Shown here in pieces: positions 9,461 through 18,065 of a stretch of DNA of 64,000 nt. Within the stretch, counting starts at the first letter, position 1, and every line of letters begins with the position of its first letter. The notes beneath the pieces are model-generated. The model was not told where the DNA came from. It did not search any database and was given only the letters and a program-made list of their open reading frames with translations. The position numbers and the translations under genes were made by a program. The stretch is from contig JACRFK010000004.1 in assembly GCA_016217925.1 (NCBI GenBank), positions 46,435 through 110,434 of the forward strand. The letters run 5' to 3'. The DNA is from Candidatus Kaiserbacteria bacterium (lineage in GTDB: Bacteria; Patescibacteriota; Minisyncoccia; Phycocordibacterales; UBA2100).

Positions 9461-10279
9461 TTAGCGAATCTCGTACGTGACCGTCACGTTCGACGTGATC
9501 TTGTTTTGGCCGACGGCGATTTCCGGAGACGGCGGCACTGCGGAATCCATGGCACCTCCCATTCCCAATGCCATCGTCTTGGCGTAGTACATCCGCCCGT
9601 CTCCTCCGTTCTCGGAGAACCCGACGACGCGTACGATGTCTACCCCGAGCGCATCGGCGAGCACCTCCGCTTTAGCCTGTGCTTTTGCGATAGCCTTGTC
9701 ACGCGCTTCCGCATCGAGCTTGTCCTGGTCGTCTATGGTAAACGAGAGACCGGAAACCGACGAAGCACCCTTCGAGCCGACGCCTGCGAGCAGATCGCCC
9801 GCCTTCTTTGCATCACGAACTTTTATCGTGAGCGTCTCCGACACCTGAAAACCGCGTAACACTTGCTTGCCCGGCGGGCAGTAGCCTCCGGAACATACAC
9901 TGTTGGTGTAATCGTATTGCGGATATACGCTGTAATCGGTTGTCTGAATATCTTTTTCATCGATACCCTGCGATTTCAGATACGCTTTGATGTCGTTGCT
10001 CTTCTTCGTCGCGACCTCCTGGGCGGCCTTTACGTCTTTTGCTTCCTCCTGGACCGTCACCGAGAATGTTGCAGTGTCGGGCACCGCAAAAACTTCGCCG
10101 TCGCCCGAGACGGTGATGGTGTTCGATGCGGCCACGCCGCTCCCAATATAGTGGTATTGCTTGAGCGAGGAGAGCGTGAGCACCAGGAGGAACACCCCCA
10201 ACATCGAGAGCGCAAACATTCCCGCCATCTGCATTCTGTGCGGCGGCATGATGTGTATCTCTTTTTTCTCAATATCCAT
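9461..10279 (-). CDS. SIMPL-domain (DUF541, BP26/OMP28-like) membrane-anchored periplasmic protein
   Basis: 272 aa; N-terminal TM helix then SIMPL-like domain (..ITVSGDGEVFAVPDTATFSVTVQEEAKDVKAAQ..). Confidence 0.7.
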   Translation of the reverse strand: MDIEKKEIHIMPPHRMQMAGMFALSMLGVFLLVLTLSSLKQYHYIGSGVAASNTITVSGDGEVFAVPDTATFSVTVQEEAKDVKAAQEVATKKSNDIKAYLKSQGIDEKDIQTTDYSVYPQYDYTNSVCSGGYCPPGKQVLRGFQVSETLTIKVRDAKKAGDLLAGVGSKGASSVSGLSFTIDDQDKLDAEARDKAIAKAQAKAEVLADALGVDIVRVVGFSENGGDGRMYYAKTMALGMGGAMDSAVPPSPEIAVGQNKITSNVTVTYEIR

Positions 10280-10419
10280 ATAAAAATAACTCTTAACTAC
10301 TAGTAAACACAGTATAACACCGTGCGAAGACTAATGACGTTCGTATGAAGATTTTCTTACTGACTCCTCGGCTCAGTTTACCGGGAATGATCTAGAGTCC
10401 CTCAAGCGAACCACATAGC

Positions 10420-10718
10420 CTGCTAGAACGTCGGGATAGCGAAGACAAGGCCCAAGAGTGGCAACGCGAAGACCACAAGGCGAGATATTCGCCTGTCGAA
10501 TTCTCAAATCCGCACTGGCGTGCGCTCGGAAGCCCTTTCTCCGGCTCAAAGACCGCGCGCGCCGTGCTCTCGGGCTACCTCGGCCGTGCGGTCGGAAGAC
10601 GCATTATCCACAACGAGGATCTCGCGGAATTTCCCCCCGGAATATTTTTTGCGATATCGACGGTCTCCCCGATAACCGATTCTTCATTGTGGGCGCAAAT
10701 GATGAGCGTGATGTCCAT
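10420..10718 (-). pseudogene. family-2 glycosyltransferase remnant (frameshifted, truncated)
   Basis: Minus-strand ATG at 10718 gives MDITLIICAHNEESVIGETVDIAKNIPGG, a GT2 N-terminus. The downstream GT2 motif EILVVDNASSDRTAEVAREHG appears only in the +1 frame after a G7 homopolymer (plus-strand C7 at ~10627-10633). A second shift at a (CG)4 tract restores ..VFEPEKGLPSARQCGFENSTGEYLAL, and then the DxD region is missing. Confidence 0.6.
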
Positions 10719-10785
10719 ATTTTAGGCGGGACACTTTTCCGAGAGGCGGACAATTGCAGGAGTTTGCATGGCACTATTATACCCT

Positions 10786-10810
10786 CCCTTTTCTCTGGGC
10801 GACTATCGGG
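10786..10810 (-). other. isolated tRNA 3'-end-like fragment (T-arm + acceptor 3' strand + CCA) immediately downstream of tRNA-His
   Basis: Minus-strand read AGGGTTCAATTCCCGATAGTCGCCCA: a GGTTCAATTCC T-loop-like motif followed by an acceptor strand and CCA. No matching 5' half nearby. Confidence 0.35.
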
Positions 10811-10833
10811 AATTGAACCCTGAAAAAACTTAC

Positions 10834-10909
10834 GGGGGCGGTTGTCGAGAGTTGAACTCGAATCGAGTGCTCCACAAGCACCAATGTTAACCGTTACACC
10901 ACAACCGCC
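10834..10909 (-). tRNA. tRNA-His (GTG)
   Basis: Hand-folded cloverleaf. G-1 with 8-bp acceptor stem GGCGGTTG/CAACCGCC, D-arm GTGT-AACGGTTA-ACAT, anticodon stem GGTGC/GCACT with loop TTGTGGA (GTG), T-arm TCGAG-TTCAACT-CTCGA. CCA is not encoded. Confidence 0.8.
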
Positions 10910-10973
10910 ATCGAACTCTTGAGTTATAGCAAATTCGGCACTAGTACGCGACTTTATGCCCGGTGTGGTGCGC

Positions 10974-12074
10974 CTAATTTTGCTTCTCGACGACAGGAAC
11001 GGGTGCGGGGACATCGACGACGGTGAGCGATATCCGCCCGATGATTTGACCGTATTGCGTTATCACGTTGACCCTCCACTTCCCCCCTGAAATATCCTTG
11101 ATGTACGAGTACCCGCGATAGCCGCCGTCGCGCCCGCCTTGAATCGGATAGCGGACGGTGGCATGCGTTAGCCACGTGCCGGTCGCAGCGTCGTAGCGCT
11201 GCCACTCATGGAGGATGACGGTGGAAATGCCCGTTGGGGCAAATACCGCGCTGAACGCGTATGCAATTTGCCCCGGTGCGTGATGAAAGACGGTGCCGTA
11301 CGGCAAATATTTTTCATACCATGACGAGTCTTCCCCTCCGAGGTAGAAAATGTTGTCCTGGCCGCGTTCGACGCTGTGGTACACACCGGCGGCCTTGAGC
11401 GCAAGTGGCAAGGGCGGTATCGCATTGGAGAAATAGAGGATGTTGAAGATGATGAATATGGCCGCGATGGTCCGCGCGATACGCGTGCGCTCTGCTAGGA
11501 GCTCCGGCATAAGAAGGAACATCGGGCGGAGAAACAGGAAGATTATAACGAGGCTCGTAGCGCCGCTTATGACAAACATCCACGGCCCGATCCGGTCAAA
11601 TACGATCGGAAGAAAAAAGATAAGGAACGAAAAGAGAACGGTGAAGAGCATCGATACTTGGAATGAGAATTTCATATACTGCCGCACGAAGCGCTCGTTG
11701 CCTAAAAGTAGTGCAGTGACGATGACAACGAATACCCAACTCAAAGGAAAGCTAGCACTGCGACTATAGAGTGACAGGTAGCCCGAGAAGAGCCCGCCAA
11801 AAGCGAATTGTGTAACGACCGGGATGAGCGGCGTGACCTTGAGGACCCATGGGGCGCGGATGCGGCCCGTCGTGATGAGATTCAGCACGACGATACTTAT
11901 CGCCGCAAGCGCGAGATAGGAGAACAACAGCGCATTACTCGTCCAAACATCCACGCGGCGCAGGAGGATGAGATTGTCCGCGAAGAATCCGGCAATGAGC
12001 GCGAGCGGTGAGATGTAGCGCATGTACCACCACGCTAACTCCTCGATATTCTTGGGCACGTAGCGGCGGATCAT
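10974..12074 (-). CDS. polytopic integral membrane protein with C-terminal extracytoplasmic beta-rich domain, function unknown
   Basis: 366 aa; at least 8 predicted hydrophobic helices, then a soluble C-terminal ~110 aa (..HEWQRYDAATGTW..GKWRVNV..). Confidence 0.55.
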   Translation of the reverse strand: MIRRYVPKNIEELAWWYMRYISPLALIAGFFADNLILLRRVDVWTSNALLFSYLALAAISIVVLNLITTGRIRAPWVLKVTPLIPVVTQFAFGGLFSGYLSLYSRSASFPLSWVFVVIVTALLLGNERFVRQYMKFSFQVSMLFTVLFSFLIFFLPIVFDRIGPWMFVISGATSLVIIFLFLRPMFLLMPELLAERTRIARTIAAIFIIFNILYFSNAIPPLPLALKAAGVYHSVERGQDNIFYLGGEDSSWYEKYLPYGTVFHHAPGQIAYAFSAVFAPTGISTVILHEWQRYDAATGTWLTHATVRYPIQGGRDGGYRGYSYIKDISGGKWRVNVITQYGQIIGRISLTVVDVPAPVPVVEKQN

Positions 12075-12634
12075 ACGTCCTTGTACGCGGGCGGGTCCTC
12101 GGCAACTCCGGCGCGATGATTGACCAGGCGCGTGAGTGCGTAGAGGAGCGAAGACAAACGGTTGGCGTATGCGCGGCTCGAAGCGCTCACCTCACGCTCC
12201 CCCGATTCATGCAATGCGACGAGCCGGCGCTCAGCGCGCCGTGCGACCGCACGCGCGATATCGAGACGTGACGAAAGCTCCGTCCCGCCGGGAACGAGGA
12301 ATGTTTTTATCGGTGGCATTTCCCCTTCTATGCGGTTGATGAGGACGCCGAGCGCTTCGACGCTCGAAAGCGGAATGGATTTGGGCGCACCGGCGACTTC
12401 CGCCTGCAGCGTAAAGAGATGGTTCTGCACATCGTGCAGCAGCATCTTCACTTTCTGTTCCTGAGCAATGAGGTCGTCGGGACACTCGGCCTTGCACCAA
12501 CCGACGAGAGTGTTTAACTCATCGAGCATGCCCAAGCATTCAAATATCGGGCTCGCTTTACTCGCCCGATTTCCCGGCCCGGAGTCAAAGAGTTTGGTCG
12601 AGCCGCCGTCGCCTTTCCCAGTAAAGAGTGCCAT
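12071..12634 (-). CDS. ATP:cob(I)alamin adenosyltransferase, PduO type
   Basis: 187 aa; N-terminal TGKGDGGSTKL and DELNTLVG motifs match the PduO/MMAB family signature (TxxGDxGxTxL ... DELN). Confidence 0.8.
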   Translation of the reverse strand: MALFTGKGDGGSTKLFDSGPGNRASKASPIFECLGMLDELNTLVGWCKAECPDDLIAQEQKVKMLLHDVQNHLFTLQAEVAGAPKSIPLSSVEALGVLINRIEGEMPPIKTFLVPGGTELSSRLDIARAVARRAERRLVALHESGEREVSASSRAYANRLSSLLYALTRLVNHRAGVAEDPPAYKDV

Positions 12635-12673
12635 ACGGGCATCATATCAAAATGTCGGATACAATGGGTTTGT

Positions 12674-14614
12674 ATGGGTGCTATCGTGAACCTGAAAGAA
12701 GCTGGTTCCAAGGCGTTGTACGGCGGCAAGGCTGTCAACCTATCGAAGTTGCTCACTGCGGGATTGCCGGTTCCCTCAGGCTTCGCAATCAGCGTAAAAG
12801 CATTCAGCGGAGGAAAGCTCAATGAGACCGCGACGGAGGAGCTGAGAGGTTTGATTGACGGGTCAAAAAAATATGCCGTCCGTTCGTCCGCAGTCAGTGA
12901 AGATGCTAAAGACGCTTCGTGGGCGGGGCAATTTGAAACGTACTTAAACGTCGATTCGGCCGGTGTAATTTCATCGATAGAAAGTTGCCACAGCACGACA
13001 AAAGCACGGGCTAGAGCGTACGGCAAAGAAATGAAGGGCGGGACAAGATGTGATGTGGCAGTAGTGGTACAAGAAATGCTAGTCCCCGATTATGCGGGAG
13101 TTCTTTTCACCCGTAATCCGGTCACCGGTGCAAACGAATTCGTCATCGAGTATATACGCGGTCTTGGAGAAGAATTGGTGAGCGGCAAAGCCGATCCGGA
13201 GCGCATCGTCACAAATGGAGCAAGTGATGTGCTCACGCCATTCAATCTCGCAAAACTAATTGCTCTTGCAAAAGCGGCTGAACAGGCCTTCGGCTCTCCG
13301 CAAGATATCGAGTTCGCATCTCAAGATGGTACGATATGGCTACTTCAATCGAGACCTATCACTACGGGATCTTCGCCAAATCTATTCGATATCGGAGAAC
13401 CCGCGGAACTGTTCTATTGGGGCCCGTCACGGACGGAAGCTTTGTATATGAGCGATTGGCTCTTAGCTACTAATAAAGTCTTTGTGGAGCAGTCAGCTGA
13501 CTCCTCGTGGCCCAAACCCCCGAAATCACTTACGTTATTCCACGGGCATCAAATGGTGTGGTTGAGTAATGAGAAAAAGTTTCATACGTACGCGGGAAAT
13601 GCATTCACCGCATACCTAAAGACGCGCGATGCGGCTAAAGAATATGAGGAGTGGACGGTTCTGTGCGAACAAGCTGACGAAGCGGCAGAGCACAATTCAG
13701 AAATATTTCCAAAACTCGTTGGAGCGTGGGAGAAAACGATCGCCGCCGAATTCTCTCTGTACGGAGCTGAAACCGTCATTGGCAATATGCTATCGAGGCT
13801 GAACGAAAAGGACCGGCAGGAGGCATGGCAGGAATGTACACTCCCGGACGAGCCCGGTTTTTTGCAGCGGATAGACGAAGAAATATTGGGCGGAAAAAGT
13901 ACTGCGGAACTGATGCTCTCGTACCCTTGGATACAGGACGGTTACTTTGGCGTCACGAACAAAGCGGCGGAATATTTCGATAAGCGTCGCGGCGAGATTA
14001 CCGGTAAGACACCGTCAAAAATCGGTGACGCAAATAGAAGAAAGGCGGTCGCGGCAAGACTCGGCTTAACAACAGAAGAAGTGACCGCGTTCGATTTGGC
14101 CCGCGCACTGGCAAAGTTTATGGACGACCGGAAACAGTGGATGATGCGCACACGCCGCTTTCTCGCAACTTTAAAGAAGAATCCGGGGCTCCAGCATGGC
14201 TGTCTGTACGATAATGGGACGATTGTCGAGCTCGATGAAAAGAAGGCGGCCGATCTCTGGAAAAGATACGTCGACTACAAAACGGTTCAGAGTGACTTAC
14301 GAGGGGTAGTAGCAAGCAGGTCAGATGCAGATATCGTAGAGGGTGAAGTAGTCGTCGTTGATTCTCCGAACGCAGCGGTACGGGCAGATAGTATTCTTGT
14401 CGTTCCCTCGACGAGCCCGAGCTACGTACCACTCATGCGCAACGCGAGAGCGCTTATTACGAACCACGGAGGCATGATGTCGCATGCCGCGATCGTTGCA
14501 CGCGAATTTAGCCTGCCATGCATCGTTGGGACGAAAACTGCGACCAAACAACTGAAAAGCGGCGATACGGTTGTTATGGACCTCGTCAACGGCTCAATAC
14601 AACGCGTCCGCTAA
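12674..14614 (+). CDS. PEP-utilising enzyme (PEP synthase / pyruvate phosphate dikinase N-terminal ATP-grasp domain + phosphohistidine mobile domain; rifampicin-phosphotransferase-like architecture)
   Basis: 646 aa; N-terminal GGKAVNLS nucleotide-binding motif and C-terminal mobile-domain signature GGMMSHAAIVAREFSLPCIVG with the catalytic His. Confidence 0.8.
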   Translation: MGAIVNLKEAGSKALYGGKAVNLSKLLTAGLPVPSGFAISVKAFSGGKLNETATEELRGLIDGSKKYAVRSSAVSEDAKDASWAGQFETYLNVDSAGVISSIESCHSTTKARARAYGKEMKGGTRCDVAVVVQEMLVPDYAGVLFTRNPVTGANEFVIEYIRGLGEELVSGKADPERIVTNGASDVLTPFNLAKLIALAKAAEQAFGSPQDIEFASQDGTIWLLQSRPITTGSSPNLFDIGEPAELFYWGPSRTEALYMSDWLLATNKVFVEQSADSSWPKPPKSLTLFHGHQMVWLSNEKKFHTYAGNAFTAYLKTRDAAKEYEEWTVLCEQADEAAEHNSEIFPKLVGAWEKTIAAEFSLYGAETVIGNMLSRLNEKDRQEAWQECTLPDEPGFLQRIDEEILGGKSTAELMLSYPWIQDGYFGVTNKAAEYFDKRRGEITGKTPSKIGDANRRKAVAARLGLTTEEVTAFDLARALAKFMDDRKQWMMRTRRFLATLKKNPGLQHGCLYDNGTIVELDEKKAADLWKRYVDYKTVQSDLRGVVASRSDADIVEGEVVVVDSPNAAVRADSILVVPSTSPSYVPLMRNARALITNHGGMMSHAAIVAREFSLPCIVGTKTATKQLKSGDTVVMDLVNGSIQRVR

Positions 14615-15183
14615 GCACGGAATACGGGCTCTTCCGAAAGATCTAACTCCGCGCGGACCTTTTTAATCCGCTTCTCATAGTCCGCAACAACTTTCGGAGA
14701 TTTGTGTATACGATAATAATTTCCCGCGTTTTTATACAAAGAGCAGTCAAAAACATCGGCGTCTTTGACCAACTCGATGTACGGATTATCACTGTAAACA
14801 TCTTTATCACTGTGATCGTGTACGCACGACACGATGAGGTCGATTTCTTCGCCCGAAAATCCCCCCATCTCTTCGAGAATCTTTTTTGCCATAGGCGCGC
14901 CTTGATGCGCGTGGTCGGCATACTTCCCTTCTACGATCACATAGATATCGTGAAGCACGCACGCTGTCTCGGCGATCTCTACGTCAAGATTACGCGCCTG
15001 CGCCAAGATTCTCCCAATCTGCACACATCCGGCAGAATGCTTAAGCTCCCATATTATCGAACTTTCGCGTTCGGTGTCAGGAAGCGTAGTTTTGAGAAGA
15101 GTTTCGGCAACGTAACGTTCTATCTTCTCGCTCCTCGCGAGACTGGCGCCTTTGTAGTGATGAAAGTCACTTGGTGTTGACAT
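14611..15183 (-). CDS. HD-domain metal-dependent phosphohydrolase
   Basis: 190 aa; H...HD motif (..ACVLHDIYVIVEGKYADHAH..). Confidence 0.7.
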   Translation of the reverse strand: MSTPSDFHHYKGASLARSEKIERYVAETLLKTTLPDTERESSIIWELKHSAGCVQIGRILAQARNLDVEIAETACVLHDIYVIVEGKYADHAHQGAPMAKKILEEMGGFSGEEIDLIVSCVHDHSDKDVYSDNPYIELVKDADVFDCSLYKNAGNYYRIHKSPKVVADYEKRIKKVRAELDLSEEPVFRA

Positions 15184-15497
15184 GTAGCAATACTATACCA
15201 AAGCGATGGCCCCGCTCGTAATCAACGATAAGCGGGACCAAAATACCTGAGTTTTGTGAACATGAGCGAGAGAGTCTGACTATCTGCCCACGCGATGACC
15301 GCGAAACCAACCATCATGCACAGGCAAAACATGAGGGTCGAAAGCACTCGACTTTTTGACGGGAAAAACCTTTCAACCGCCAGCCAGAGTACGAAGCCTC
15401 CGGCAAGGCCAAGAAACCACATGGGGCACCTCACACAACAGTTACAACTGCCTTGTGTATACAGGGTTAGCAACCGAACGTCAACAAAAACTCTTTG

Positions 15498-15579
15498 TGC
15501 GCAGGGGGGGACTCGAACCCCCATGCCGTGAGGCACACGCACCTCAAGCGTGCTGGTCTACCAATTTCCACACCTGCGC
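15498..15579 (-). tRNA. tRNA-Leu (GAG), class II with long variable arm
   Basis: Acceptor GCGCAGG/CCTGCGC, anticodon stem CACGC/GCGTG with loop TTGAGGT (GAG), long variable arm, T-arm GGGGG-TTCGAGT-CCCCC, discriminator A. Confidence 0.8.
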
Positions 15580-15581
15580 AT

Positions 15582-16259
15582 TTACAACTGCTCGCCTACT
15601 ATAGCTAACATTTGCTGTATTTTCAAACGCTTCCGCGATAGATACACCGGACTGGGTCCGGCATACATTTTTCGCAAAATTTGGAGACTTTCACGTTTTG
15701 CGTACTTCAACTGCATGCACGCATTCTTTTTGACGGGGCCGGTTACGTGGCCGTGTGCGCCTGTTCGTAATTCAATGCTCTTCCGTAACCAATTAAGAAA
15801 TGTGGAACTCGCTGAGGCAAAAATGAGATAAAACATGAAGCTTGATTTCCATCGAGGATCCCAATACGAGTGGGTGCAACCATCTCCATCAAAGACACCC
15901 CGCAAAAAGTGGAAAAAATATTTGTCAGGAACTTTAATGGGGCCGAGCGTCTTCGATTTAGAAGGAGTAAGACCGACTGATAATAAAAAATTATAAAAAA
16001 GAACGCTCCTAAACTGAATACGCAGGGCCTTTTTCGTCGTCGAGGATTTCTTGGCTGTAATCCGAAAATCAACGTCGACACACCGATTGAAATTTTCCAG
16101 CTGCTCGCGATCGGTCGATGTTAAATCAATAAGTGTAGATTTCGAGGCTAGACAGCCGTCGGTTGCTAATAAACCAATGGCGTACGCAAGCCTCGGCGAC
16201 CACAATTGTGAAATCCTTCTTTTTGCATTAAATCCAGGTTTTGGTCCTCTCTTCCCCAT
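15582..16259 (-). CDS. LAGLIDADG homing endonuclease, double-motif (monomeric) type
   Basis: 225 aa; motif 1 LAYAIGLLATDGCL and motif 2 FLRGVFDGDGCTH. Its stop codon lies 2 nt upstream of the tRNA-Leu 5' end on the same strand. Confidence 0.8.
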   Translation of the reverse strand: MGKRGPKPGFNAKRRISQLWSPRLAYAIGLLATDGCLASKSTLIDLTSTDREQLENFNRCVDVDFRITAKKSSTTKKALRIQFRSVLFYNFLLSVGLTPSKSKTLGPIKVPDKYFFHFLRGVFDGDGCTHSYWDPRWKSSFMFYLIFASASSTFLNWLRKSIELRTGAHGHVTGPVKKNACMQLKYAKRESLQILRKMYAGPSPVYLSRKRLKIQQMLAIVGEQL

Positions 16260-16324
16260 CGCCTTATGCTAACATACCTCAAGGTAGTAGCGTCTACCAA
16301 TTGTTGATAAATAAAAAGAGCGTT

Positions 16325-16771
16325 CTATTCGCTTTTTGTCTCTGCCGCAACCTCAGCCTCGGCCTCGGCTACCGGCGCCTCCTCCTTCGCGACGACCTTC
16401 GTCACACCGGAGACATTGACCATCATGCGCGTGCGACGTAATTGACGGCGTGCCTCACGGGCAACTTTGTCGCGAATGAAATAGAGCTTGGCGCGGCGTA
16501 CGCGGGAGCGCTTCACAATCTCGATTTTATCTATCATCGGAGAATAGATTGGGAATATCTTCTCAACGCCTACACCGGAGGCAACGCGGCGCACGGTGAA
16601 AGTGCCGCCGGCTTCGCTGCCGTGCTTGCGCGCGAGCACCAAGCCTTCGAATGCCTGGAGGCGGGTCTTACCTTTTTCTTCGATTTTCTGCCAGACGCGC
16701 ACCGTGTCCCCCGGCCGGAGGTCGAGGTTCTTGCGTGCATCCATATCCACTGGAGAAATCTTGATTGTCAT
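16325..16771 (-). CDS. rplS: 50S ribosomal protein L19 with Ala/Glu-rich C-terminal extension
   Basis: MTIKISPVDMDARKNLDLRPGDTVRVW..IYSPMIDKIEIVKR is canonical L19. The ORF track start (16846) carries a 25-aa upstream extension that is probably not translated. Confidence 0.9.
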   Translation of the reverse strand: MTIKISPVDMDARKNLDLRPGDTVRVWQKIEEKGKTRLQAFEGLVLARKHGSEAGGTFTVRRVASGVGVEKIFPIYSPMIDKIEIVKRSRVRRAKLYFIRDKVAREARRQLRRTRMMVNVSGVTKVVAKEEAPVAEAEAEVAAETKSE

Positions 16772-16933
16772 ATAAATTTGTCGCGCCTGCCTGCCGAAGC
16801 CTCGGCGCAGGCAGGGCACTATACCACTGCTAGCTATTCCGAGCAAACTTATGCACGGGATGAGTACATTTAGTAGCGCAGTCCGTTGACCATACGCCTC
16901 CGCACAGCTACTCTGTCAAAGTATCCGAAGCCT

Positions 16934-17008
16934 GCCCTCGTAGTTCAACGGATAGAACTGCGCTCTTCTAAGGCGTTAATGTAGGTTCGATTCCTACCGA
17001 GGGCACCA
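16934..17008 (+). tRNA. tRNA-Arg (TCT)
   Basis: Acceptor GCCCTCG/CGAGGGC, D-arm GTTC-AACGGATA-GAAC, anticodon loop CTTCTAA (TCT), T-arm GTAGG-TTCGATT-CCTAC, CCA encoded. Confidence 0.8.
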
Positions 17009-17022
17009 AGTTGGATACAGAA

Positions 17023-17096
17023 GCGCGCTTAGCTCAGTTGGTTAGAGCATCTCATTTACACTGAGAGGGTCGGGGGTTCGAATCCCTCAGCGCGCA
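17023..17096 (+). tRNA. tRNA-Val (TAC)
   Basis: Acceptor GCGCGCT/AGCGCGC, D-arm GCTC-AGTTGGTTA-GAGC, anticodon stem TCTCA/TGAGA with loop TTTACAC (TAC), T-arm GGGGG-TTCGAAT-CCCTC. Confidence 0.8.
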
Positions 17097-17119
17097 CAAA
17101 AGCAGAAGTTTTCAAACAG

Positions 17120-17452
17120 TTAAATGCTTGGATCTTTGACCACGGCGGGAGGATTTGCCTTCAGAGCGTCGAATTGTGCTTTGCGCTCCTCGAATGCGCG
17201 AACCGTTGCATTGAGCTCGGTCCGATTAAGCATCGGTGCCGGCAATACGGATGTGTCTGGAGAGCCTCCGAGATCGTTAAGAATCCGCAGGAGCACCCAT
17301 GTACTGTACAAAAATACAAGTACCAGTACGACGAATGCCGACACGATGAGTGTGCGCCAATAGAGATCCGCGAGCGAGCGGGTGTATTCGGGCTCGTACC
17401 CCGCTTTGATCATCTCGGGTAGATCCTTCCATGGTGTGCCGCCGAATTTCAT
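17120..17452 (-). CDS. small single-TM protein at the distal end of the pilMNO cluster (possible PilP-like or accessory protein)
   Basis: 110 aa; one hydrophobic helix (LIVSAFVVLVLVFLYSTWVLL); co-directional with and 64 nt downstream of the pilO-like gene. Confidence 0.45.
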   Translation of the reverse strand: MKFGGTPWKDLPEMIKAGYEPEYTRSLADLYWRTLIVSAFVVLVLVFLYSTWVLLRILNDLGGSPDTSVLPAPMLNRTELNATVRAFEERKAQFDALKANPPAVVKDPSI

Positions 17453-17516
17453 CCCGCTCTTTCTATGCTAATAATCGGGCGATTGTACGTGAGGGGTGAA
17501 AGGGCGGGATTCATGA

Positions 17517-18056
17517 TCAAATATCTGAGGTTGTTAAGATGCGTACATACACATTCATATGCCAAAGTCCCGACGCTTTACCAGAAGATTGCGGCGTACG
17601 CTCGATGTCGAGACGTGTCACTCTTGACGGGATTGGCAACGTTTCGAACAATCGTGCGGCATGCATGAGTGCCGGAAACTTGCCGTCCGCCGCGACGACG
17701 AAACCGACCGCTTTTATATTGGCCCCATCGGAAGCAGGAACATTCTCTGGTATGGCATCGCCTAGTTTTACCGTTACGCCGGCCGTTTTTCCGACACCCT
17801 CTATCATATTAGCGGCAGAAACGATATCCGTATTGAGAAGTTCTTTGAGTATTGCTCCATCCTTCGCGGTTTCTTGTGCAAGCGCGTGCATCCGTATTGA
17901 GACAGCGTTCGTGACCACCGCTTTCTGTTCATTTCCCGCGAGTGCCAACCGCTCGCTTTCGTCCACGTTGATCGTCCATGCGAACAGCCCGACAAGGCCC
18001 CACGCGACGAGCGCAATTGCGAGGATTAAGAATGCTGTAGATGTGCGATGGAGCAT
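17517..18056 (-). CDS. type IV pilus assembly protein PilO-like
   Basis: 179 aa; N-terminal TM helix, coiled-coil segment, then an alpha/beta domain. Third gene in pilM-pilN-pilO order. Confidence 0.55.
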   Translation of the reverse strand: MLHRTSTAFLILAIALVAWGLVGLFAWTINVDESERLALAGNEQKAVVTNAVSIRMHALAQETAKDGAILKELLNTDIVSAANMIEGVGKTAGVTVKLGDAIPENVPASDGANIKAVGFVVAADGKFPALMHAARLFETLPIPSRVTRLDIERTPQSSGKASGLWHMNVYVRILTTSDI

Positions 18057-18065
18057 ATGTATGCA

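Noticed and set aside
10600-10640. Hypothesis that the G7 tract makes the GT2 gene a functional phase-variable (ON/OFF) locus
   Set aside because: Even after correcting the G-tract frame, a second shift at (CG)4 is needed, and the DxD catalytic region is absent in all frames. This is more consistent with a decayed pseudogene than a reversible switch.
10786-10810. Calling the tRNA 3'-end-like fragment a complete tRNA gene
   Set aside because: The sequence immediately 5' of it is the 3' end of tRNA-His plus a U-run. No acceptor 5' strand, D-arm or anticodon arm can be formed, so it is reported only as a fragment.
10458-11014. ORFs 10458..10823 (+) and 10604..11014 (-)
   Set aside because: Both overlap tRNA-His and the GT2 remnant. 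The real coding signal here is the frameshifted glycosyltransferase on the minus strand.
15222-15542. ORF 15222..15542 (-), 106 aa
   Set aside because: Its 5' part runs straight through tRNA-Leu (15498-15579). Only a short hydrophobic 3' portion might be real, and even that is unsupported.
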